Source: a virus. From it: DNA of 64,000 nt. The notes beneath the pieces were generated by a model, which was not told the origin of the DNA, ran no database searches, and saw only the letters and a list, made by a program, of their open reading frames with translations. Shown here piece by piece: positions 55,257 through 64,000 of the stretch. The position numbers and the translations under genes are program-made. Where the stretch lies: IMG/VR virus record IMGVR_UViG_3300027779_000019, positions 1 through 64,000 of that record. One strand, given 5' to 3'. How positions within the stretch are numbered: position 1 is the stretch's first letter; every line of letters starts with the position of its first letter.

Positions 55257-56378
55257 ATGAATTTAAAACTTAAAAATACACCAGAACAAATTGAACTTAT
55301 CAAAGCTATGGGCTCTAAGGATAGAGCCGTTGCTAGAGAGGCTCAGGAAGCTTTTGCAGCTTTCCTAGGCCCTGTAGTGAGACAGGTTTTGAATCAGGCA
55401 GGCACAACCGGAGCGATCTATAGTGACGTTCCTTTTGATGAGGACGACTCACCGAGTTATCCTTTGGACCTGTATTACGATGAGGGTGACAACTACGTCC
55501 AAACTTGGTCTCAGTCAGTAGCTGGCGGTCTTCCGACCAGCACTGTTGAGGGTATGTCGGAGCTGAAGATTTCTACTTATAGGATCGACAGCGCTGTCAG
55601 TTTCCTCGCCAAGTATGCCCGTCGTGGTCGCTTGGACGTCGTTAGTAAAGGTATCGAGAGAATGGCTCAGGAAGTTCTTGTTAAACAAGAGCGTAATGGT
55701 TGGGCGGTTATCCTTAAGGCTTTGGCCGAGGGTACGACCAGCAGCTTGAGACATGTCGAAGTTGGAACTACAGCTAATGAGTTCCAATTGCATGACCTCA
55801 ATAGGCTTGTGACCAGAGGTCGCAGGATTAATGAGTCGTTCGCAAACGGTACTCCGGACGCTGCTTATAGTAGCGGTGTCACGGACCTTTATGTGAGTCC
55901 TGAGATTATGCAGAACGTGAGAGCGTTCGCTTACCAGCCGATGAATACTCGCGCTGGATCAACAGGTAGTGGATCGGACACAAGCACGTCAGTTCCATTG
56001 CCCGATAATGTTCGTTCTGATATTTACAACGCTGCTGGTACCCAAGAAATCTACGGTATCAACCTTGTTGAAATGAACGAGCTCGGCGTGAGCAAGAAGT
56101 ATAACACTTTGTTTGATACTTTTGCTACTCACACTGATATCAATGGTCCCGGTGGAGCAGACTTTGCTACCGGTACAGACGAGATTCTCGTCGGTATCGA
56201 CAATAGCAAGGGGGCGTTTATTCGTCCGTTGGCACAGAATGCCGATAGTGGGTCTACCTTTACGGCCTCTCCCGATGACCAGTTCAACGCTAGAGCCGAG
56301 AAGATCGGCTTCTACGGTGCTCTCGAAGAGGGTAGGGTTTGTATTGACGCCCGTGCGGTTGTCGGTATCACCATCTAA
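55257..56378 (+). CDS. Major capsid protein
   Basis: 373 aa, position after protease/decoration genes, followed by a strong terminator. Confidence 0.8.
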   Translation: MNLKLKNTPEQIELIKAMGSKDRAVAREAQEAFAAFLGPVVRQVLNQAGTTGAIYSDVPFDEDDSPSYPLDLYYDEGDNYVQTWSQSVAGGLPTSTVEGMSELKISTYRIDSAVSFLAKYARRGRLDVVSKGIERMAQEVLVKQERNGWAVILKALAEGTTSSLRHVEVGTTANEFQLHDLNRLVTRGRRINESFANGTPDAAYSSGVTDLYVSPEIMQNVRAFAYQPMNTRAGSTGSGSDTSTSVPLPDNVRSDIYNAAGTQEIYGINLVEMNELGVSKKYNTLFDTFATHTDINGPGGADFATGTDEILVGIDNSKGAFIRPLAQNADSGSTFTASPDDQFNARAEKIGFYGALEEGRVCIDARAVVGITI

Positions 56379-56402
56379 CAGAGCTCGTCAAGAGATTATA
56401 CG

Positions 56403-56432
56403 AAAGTCCGGCTTCGGCCGGGCTTTTTTTTA
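56403..56432 (+). terminator. Intrinsic terminator
   Basis: aagtccggc-ttcg-gccgggctt followed by a T run. Confidence 0.85.
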
Positions 56433-56484
56433 TTTCCCATTGAATTTTTCGCTTGTGTAAGCGATAATATAAAGGAACAAGGAT

Positions 56485-56919
56485 ATGAAGAACAAACCTA
56501 CACAAAAAAAGACCGCGGCCTCCAAAAGGAAACCCACAGCTAAAGGAAAAGCTACTTCTAGCGGTAAATTAAAAAAAATGTCTCAAACCCACGGAAAGAA
56601 CGAAACTGTCGAATCTAAGTTCGAGCCTAGAACATTGGATCAAGTATGGGGGGATACAGGGTTAGGAAAATACAACACTCTTGACGAAGATGCATATAGG
56701 GGTAAATTAGACTACATGGCTAAAACGGATCTTCAGGCTCATGCGACTAAGGTGGGACTCGTCCCTATAGACAATAGGTCCACTCTAACCCAAAGACTAA
56801 TGAGGGAGTTCAGAAAACATGCAAACTCTTTTAAGCCTACAAGTCTCAAAGCTTCTAAGCCTATAGCTAAAGACTCTCTTTCTCCGGAAGTAAGAAAAGT
56901 GCTAGACGAAGGTAAATAA
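56485..56919 (+). CDS. Basic hypothetical virion-associated protein
   Basis: 144 aa, Lys-rich N-terminus. Confidence 0.6.
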   Translation: MKNKPTQKKTAASKRKPTAKGKATSSGKLKKMSQTHGKNETVESKFEPRTLDQVWGDTGLGKYNTLDEDAYRGKLDYMAKTDLQAHATKVGLVPIDNRSTLTQRLMREFRKHANSFKPTSLKASKPIAKDSLSPEVRKVLDEGK

Positions 56920-56943
56920 ACCTAATTTAGAAATTGTTTTAAT

Positions 56944-56970
56944 AAAGCGCCTTTATGGCGCTTTTTCTTT
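56944..56970 (+). terminator. Intrinsic terminator
   Basis: aaagcgcc-tttat-ggcgcttt followed by a T run. Confidence 0.75.
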
Positions 56971-57017
56971 TTATATTTATGCTATATTTCCTTAGCTAAG
57001 GTGTAATTCTTTGTAAT

Positions 57018-57395
57018 ATGGCGACTAGTTACAATTTTACTGTTACACAAGGTTCGGAACTAGATGTTCAGTTAAAGGTTACAGACGAAAATGGAGTAGC
57101 TCTAAACTTAAGCGGCTTCGACGTCAGAGGGTCCGTTAAGTATAGGTATAGCGATTCCGCAACTCTGATCGACTTAGATCCAGTTATAGCCACGGGCTCA
57201 AACGGTGACGGTTACATTAGCGGCTTGGTCGACGTCTTTTTAAGTGGGGTACAGACTAAAGCGTTGCCTGTAACTGACGCTTGTTACGATATAGAAAGAT
57301 TTCACGCTGGGTTAGGGGCAGCCTCTCCTAGCGTGATAAAGCTACTAAATGGCAAGTTTAGCATTTACCCCGAAGTAACAACAGCGACGTATTAG
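57018..57395 (+). CDS. Virion beta-sandwich adaptor protein
   Basis: YNF.V.QGS......D.NG..LNLSG, YDIE, KLL.GKF...PEVT. Confidence 0.65.
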   Translation: MATSYNFTVTQGSELDVQLKVTDENGVALNLSGFDVRGSVKYRYSDSATLIDLDPVIATGSNGDGYISGLVDVFLSGVQTKALPVTDACYDIERFHAGLGAASPSVIKLLNGKFSIYPEVTTATY

Positions 57396-57405
57396 GGAGT
57401 AAATT

Positions 57406-60400
57406 ATGCCAGTTATAGTTGATGTAAAAGTTCCATCGAAGGTCACGACCTCAGTCTTAGCTGAGTCTACCAAGACTAGCTCGACTATTACGGTCGGGAG
57501 ACAAGGCCCTCCCGGTGCAGGATTTATAAACGTAGATAATGACACTAAATGGGGACTTACCAAAGCCCTTAGGCCAACTACCTCTGGTGTCTACAGTTTA
57601 GGAACAGACTCTTACCCTTTCGGCGACTTTCATTCTCAAGATGGAAATTTTTACGGAAATTTAAATGTACAGGGTAACGTTAGCATTACCGGAAGCCTTG
57701 GGTTAAGTGGTAATTTTATTATAGGAGACGAGACTACAGATAGCATAACAACTAGAGGAGACCTGTTTGTAGCGGATGATGCATTTTTCTCCGATGACGT
57801 TAATATAACAGGTGACCTAACAACCCGGAACGTATACCCAGAAGCGACCACTACTTACGATTTAGGTTCAGCCGCGAAAAAATGGAATAACATTCACGCC
57901 AAAACAGTTCATATTGACGGAAGCACTTTAATGATGGGTGCAGATGGGGCCCAAGTAAAAGTAGTTAGCAATAGGATTCAATTTCAAGGCAACACATCAA
58001 ATGATGGTGCGTATTTTGTAGGCGATACGTATATTGACGGGGGGACATTTTTTGCTCAAAAAGCTTTTGGGCCACAATTCGAAATACTTAACACTAATTC
58101 TACAAATAGGTATGAATTTGAGCTAGATGATAATGGCCACTTAAATATATCTGGTAACTTAAACGGTTCGGTAAAGTTCAATAATGATCTATTGCCTTCT
58201 TCCAACGGGGGGAACGTAGGTGCCAGTTCGGCGAAGTGGAATTATTCTTATTTTACAACTGGGGTAATAGCTAACACTTTGTCGGTAGGAACTTCCGAAA
58301 ACACAAAGACCTTAAGCGTTGGTGGAGATACGAATATATACGGAGACTTAGATATATACGACGAAAACAACACAAGCAACAAAATTGTTTCTATATACGA
58401 TAGTTCAGACGAAGGGAGAATTGATATTAAAAACGCTGGTTCTACGAAAATTAGACTAGCTTCAAATTCTAATAGTTATTTTAATAATGGAAACCTTGGA
58501 ATAGGAACTTCTTCCCCTTCTGTTAAGCTGGATATAAACTCCAACGATGCAATAAAAATTCCGGTAGGTACCACAGCGCAAAGACCTACTGGTTCCGACG
58601 GTATGATGAGGCTGAATACCACAGCTTCACAATTCGAAGGATACCACGGCGGAAATTGGCACAATTCGAAGGATACCACGGCGGAAATTGGCAGGGGCTG
58701 GGTGGCGTAATAGACGTCGATCAAGACACTTACGTAAGTACGGAGAAAACTTCAGATGATGATGCTTTATATTTTTACACCTCGGGAATAGAGAGGGCAA
58801 AAATAAATAATAATGGAAATGTTTATATAGCTAAAAGCTTTTATACTTCTGGCAGCGCTTATATAGAAAGCGACCTTACTGTTTCAGGCGACTTGAACGT
58901 TAGTGGGAATTTCAATCTTGGAGACTCCACCACCGACAGGATAACAACTCAAGGTGACCTATACGTAAAAGATGACGCTTTCTTTTCGGACGCGGTACAT
59001 ATAACGGGGAACCTAACTGTCGACGGGACAGCTTCGGCGGCTACCCCAAGTTCGAATGGACACTTAACTACAAAGCTTTATGTAGATTCTAGCGACAATA
59101 CGCTAACTACCAATTTAGCGACGACGGGAACTACTCTACAAAATCAAATCACAAGTAACGATTCCGACATAGTAGCATTAAATACAGCAACCGGAAGTTT
59201 ACAAACGCAAACGACAAGTAATGATGGAGATATATCCGCGTTAAATACAGCAACAGGAAGTCTTCAAACTCAAGTTGTAAATAACGACACCGACATATCG
59301 ACTTTGCAAACAGCTACCGGAAGCCTTCAAACGCAAGTCACAAGTAATGATGGAGATATAACTGACCTAAACACTAAGGTTACGAATTTAAGCGGCGACG
59401 CTGTTCTGTTGGCTGGAGGCCAAACTATAGCAGGAAGCAAAACTTTTTCAGACAACACAATTTTTAGCAGCGGCGTAACGGTGTTAGGTACTCTTGGAGT
59501 AAGCGGAAACTTTACATTAGGAGACGACGCAACAGACAGCATAACAACAAGGGGAGATTTATTCGTAGAAGATGATGCGGTTTTCAGTGACGATATGACC
59601 GTTACTGGTAACGCGCGTTTTGTAGGTAATGTTGGTATAGGCGTAGGGTCGGCTACTCCTAGCGCTCAATTGGAGTTGGGTTCTTCAGGAGGATCCGCAA
59701 GATATATAAGATATAAAGACACAGACGGTTCTCCTACTAAGTACAATTACGAACTAGGAGTCCAAAGAGTGGATCAGTCTTGGACGGTGACTCCATCTAC
59801 CCTTCCCGGTGGAAACTCTTTTTCCAGTCCGGCCCTTATTGTTAATAGTGACGGAAACGTTGGAGTAGGTGCAGCGCCTAGTAAAAAGTTCCAAGTTGAA
59901 TCTTCCAGCAGCCAAATCAAACTAACTGACACTGGCCAAAGTGGGAGCAACAGCCAACATGCTATATTTAATTTTAGTGATTCGAGCGATAACTCATTGG
60001 ACATTCTTACGGCTTACGCCGCAGGGACAGCTAACAAAATAACATTATCGCCAGCCGGTTCGACAGCAATGACTTTACTGCAGGGGGGTAAGGTCGGTAT
60101 AGGAGTTAATACTCCCACGCAAACACTTCATGTCGATGGTAATTTGCGTTTAACAGGCGCAATATATGATACAAACAATTCCGCCGGTACCAATGGTCAA
60201 ATTTTAATATCTACCGGATCAGCTATAGATTGGAAGTCCTTGAGCGAGATAACTGGTGTTGATGGAACCGGTACGGCAAACTATATTCCTAAATGGAGTG
60301 ATGCGGATACTATTGGGAATTCCATTATATACGACGATGGAACAAACGTTGGTATCGGGAGCGCTTCGCCATCATACAGACTGGACGTACAGGATTCTTC

Positions 60401-63400
60401 GGATGCGACTTTCAGATTGCAGGCAGGATCGACATCAGACGCTACAATACGACTAGATCAAAACGGAACCCAACAAGCCACTATTGGTTATGATCATAGT
60501 TCCTCTTTATTAAAGTTAAATAATAATAGTAATTTCGGAGGAACCGATCATTTAGTAATTAACTCGGACGGCAACGTTGGTTTAGGAATAACAACCCCAA
60601 GCGTCCAGCTACAAACAAGCGGTGACGTTATAGTCGGCGGTAACCTTACGGTTTCTGGAACTACGTTTACTGTTGACACGTCTAATGTTCTTGTCGAGGA
60701 CCCAGTTCTTCTACTTGCGAAAAACCAGACAGGAGGAGCAGCTTTAGATTCTGGATTCATTGTTGAACGTGGGTCCGACCAAAATGTTGGTTTCATTTGG
60801 GACGAATCCTCGGATCATTTTACGTTCATCAACACGAACGAAATCGCGGACGACAACGACATTACTATAGCCAGCTATGCAAATATAAAAGCCGCAAACG
60901 CTATAGTAGCGGACTTGACTTCCCCTAATGGTTATTTCGATTGGACGAGAAATTCGACTTCGGTAGCGGCTAAAATAACCCAATCTGGAACAGGAGATAT
61001 TTTAAATTTATTTGACGGAGCTTCTAATATTCTCTCCGTCTTGGATGGTGGTAACGTAAAGGCTGTCGGCAACTTTGCTATTGGTGGTGGAGATCCTGTC
61101 GCGACAAAAGGTTTATATATTTTACAGGACGGAGGTACAGTAACTACCGATAGTTACGGGTTACATATATCAAACACAGAAGCAAACGCAGGCCCTAATG
61201 ATATAAAATACGGATTAAGGGTAGATAGCGTTGGAACTCATTGGTCGGGCAACAACGCTAAAACTTACGGCCTATACGTTAGCAATACAGATGGGTATAG
61301 CGGAGCTAGTCAGTCGACTGAAAACTTTGGGGCTTATATAGCGGTCGCCAACGCGAATCCGAATAAAAACTGGGGACTATACGTAACCGGAGAGGATAAA
61401 AGCTATTTTTCCGGTAACGTCGGAATAGGAACAACTGCGCCGACATACAAACTTCAAGTAGTTGGAACTAGTCATTTTAGCAGCAAGCTAATAGCGGCTG
61501 GTAGCGTTGGTATAGGGGTAACTAATCCTTCAGTTTCTCTTGAAGTCGTAGGAACAGATGCAATTAGAGTTCCCGTAGGTACCGACGCACAAAGACCAAC
61601 ACCGGCGGACGGCATGGTCCGCTTGAATACCGACAGTAATCAGTTTGAAGGTTATAGCAATAGTAATTGGCAGGGTCTCGGGGGAGTTATAGATGTAGAC
61701 CAAGACACCTACGTTAGTACAGAAAAAACCACCGATGACGATACTTTATTTTTCTATACCGCCGGAGGGGAAAGAGCAAAGATAGATAACGCAGGTAATA
61801 CTTTCGTTGCCGGAGACCTAACTATTTCAGGAAGCCTTGCGGTAAGCGGGGACTTTACATTAGGAGACACAACAACCGATAAGATAACTACGAGAGGCGA
61901 TCTTTATGTTGAAGATGACGCTTTCTTCGCTGATGCTGTTGAAATAACCGGAAGTTTAACTGTAGATGGTACAGCTTCCGCAGCTACCCCGACTCAAAAC
62001 GGACACCTAACTACAAAGCTTTATGTAGACTCTGCTGATAATACGCTAACTACTAATTTAGCGACTTCAGGAACTACCCTACAAAATCAGATCACTAGTA
62101 ACGATTCCGACATAACGGCGTTAAATGCCGCGACTGGAAGCCTGCAGACTCAAGTTACGAGTAACGACTCTGACATTTCCACGTTAACAACGAATCTCGC
62201 TGCGACCGGTAGCAACCTGCAGGCTCAAATTACTAGTAACGACGGCGACGTATCAGCTTTACAGACAGCTACTGGAAGCTTGCAAACGCAGGTCTCTAGT
62301 AACGATACCGATATTGCGACTATCAATACTAACATTACCAGTCTTAGTGGCGACGCCGTTTTGTTAGCCGGAAATCAAACTATAGCGGGCGATAAAACTT
62401 TTTCAGATGACGTAACGATCTTGGGTGACCTAGCTGTAAGTGGTGATTTTACTTTAGGGGATGCGACAACCGATAAGATTACTACCAGAGGCGACCTTTA
62501 TGTCGAAGATGATGCGGTGTTCAGTGATACTATAAGTGTCACCGGTGTTGCGCATTTCGCTGCGAACGTTGGCATCGGTACAGCTTCTCCTTCTGTGGCT
62601 TTGGATATTTCAGCTACTGACGCCATTAAGATTCCGGTAGGTACAACAGCCCAAAGGCCAGCGACTGCTGATGGTTTGATGCGTCTCAATACCACCACCA
62701 ATCAATTTGAAGGATATCAAAATAGCAACTGGCAGGGACTCGGTGGAGTAATCGATGTTGATCAGGATACTTACGTTAGCACAGAGAAGACTTCTGATGA
62801 TGATACATTATTTTTCTATACTGCGGGTTCGGAGAAAGCGCGTTTAACGTCAGCGGGTCTTTTTGGCATCGGAACTAGCGCGCCGGGATACACTTTAGAA
62901 GTGGCGGCATCTAGCGCGACTTGGTTGTCCAGAATTTACAACACACATGGGGGTGTAGGAAATGGACTACTAGTGCGAGTAGATTCTACTAGCTCGGACG
63001 CTATTTTGTCGGCTTACAGTGCTGGGTCGCATCGTTTTGTTGTTAAGGGCGATGGCAAGGTTGGCATTGGAACATATTCGCCAAGCTATAAACTTCATGT
63101 TGCTGGTGATTATATTTTTGTAGATAGCAATAAGGGTATTCGGTTTGGGGGAAGCTCTCATCAGATTGGTAGAGAAGCCTCAAATGAATTAAGACTTAAG
63201 TCTAGCAACACAACAGGGTTTACGACTTTCTACACAGGTGGCGACACGGAAAAAATGAGGATTCTAGCCGACGGCAAAGTCGGTATTGGGACTACTGCGC
63301 CAAGCTCATTACTGCACATATCCAGCACTTCTCCAGCTTTTTATATTCAGGACTCAGATGCGACTAGTACACATAGTATTACGAGCATGTCGGGGGGGAT

Positions 63401-64000
63401 CAACTTCACTGTCGATACTCGTCAAAGCGATGGGACTTTTGTTAGCACGGATTATCAAATCGTCAAGGATGCAAGTGGAGCCAATTACCAAAGATGGTTT
63501 ACTCAGGGTGCAGAGCGAATGCGGATTATATCTGACGGCAATGTCGGTATAGGAACAGCAACCCCAAGTGCTCAACTCCAAACAACCGGCGACGTTATAG
63601 TCGGAGGCAACCTTACTGTTTCAGGTACGACGTTTACGGTCGATACATCGAACGTTCTTGTCGAAGATCCGGTTCTCTTACTTGCCAAGAATCAAACTGG
63701 TGGAGCGGCTTTGGATGCAGGATTTATCGTCGAGCGTGGCAGTGATACAAACGTTGGGTTTATTTGGGATGAGTCTGCTGATCAATTTGCAGTAATCAAT
63801 ACAACTGAAATAGCCGACGACAATGATATAACTATAGCAAGTTATGCGGCCTTTAAGGCTGGATCTCTGACGACTCCCGGAAATATAACAACTACGGGAA
63901 CAGGAACAATCACATCAGCTTCAAGTCTTACAGCGGGTGGAACCTTATATGTTGATGAAAATATTCGACATACAGCAGACACCAATAATTATATAAACTT
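57406..64000 (+). CDS. Giant modular fibre/adhesin protein, frameshifted by a 32-bp duplication, 3'-truncated by the window
   Basis: 57406-58659 joins the frame starting 58692, which I read as open to the window end; GNVGIG..P repeats, coiled-coil repeats, duplicated modules. Confidence 0.8.
58628..58691 (+). repeat. Perfect 32-bp tandem duplication
   Basis: cacaattcgaaggataccacggcggaaattgg x2. Confidence 0.95.

Noticed and set aside
15335-63581. Long antisense or alternate-frame ORFs (e.g. 15335-15883, 21657-22256, 53182-53607, 54240-54689 and those within 59-63.6 kb)
   Set aside because: Shadows of well-supported overlapping genes; no motifs or promoters.
57406-64000. Diversity-generating retroelement TR/VR pair among the fibre repeats
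   Set aside because: Repeat copies differ largely at synonymous positions of all bases rather than only at adenines; no reverse transcriptase seen.
1-64000. Stop-codon reassignment
   Set aside because: Long core genes read intact in code 11, and TAA, TAG and TGA all end genes; the two broken genes are explained by duplications.

Overview
This window is 64 kb of a large dsDNA tailed phage genome (standard code 11). Two prepilin/H-X9-DG proteins and a CGWS glutaredoxin suggest a Verrucomicrobiota-like host, which is inference. 1-22.7 kb is a + strand early/middle region: GT32 glycosyltransferase, two 2OG-Fe(II) oxygenases, rIIA/rIIB, two DNA glycosylases, a ParB/DGQHR-like protein, an AT-rich origin-like gap and a RuvB homologue. 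22.8-34.9 kb is a host-takeover-like island of short genes. Most transcription units there start at a strong sigma70-type extended -10 promoter with a near-leaderless start. It also holds tRNA-Cys, a candidate ncRNA locus (a second lies just upstream at 22.5 kb) and an unannotated ArfA-like peptide. 35-44.5 kb is an auxiliary/surface region. 44.9-64 kb holds a phage ECF-type sigma factor, ERCC4 nuclease, terminase, portal, a tubulin/FtsZ homologue, protease/scaffold, capsid and a >2,000-codon repetitive fibre gene that runs off the window. The most striking unexplained structure is seven dispersed ~77-bp elements at unit boundaries in the early island. Each has two inverted 27-bp IHF-consensus-like palindromes around a GC-rich core, which is a palindrome in most copies. 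The last copy is the exact symmetry axis of a ~330-bp mirrored divergent promoter hub that also carries two facing sigma54-like boxes. All family calls come from motif recognition by eye, not database searches.
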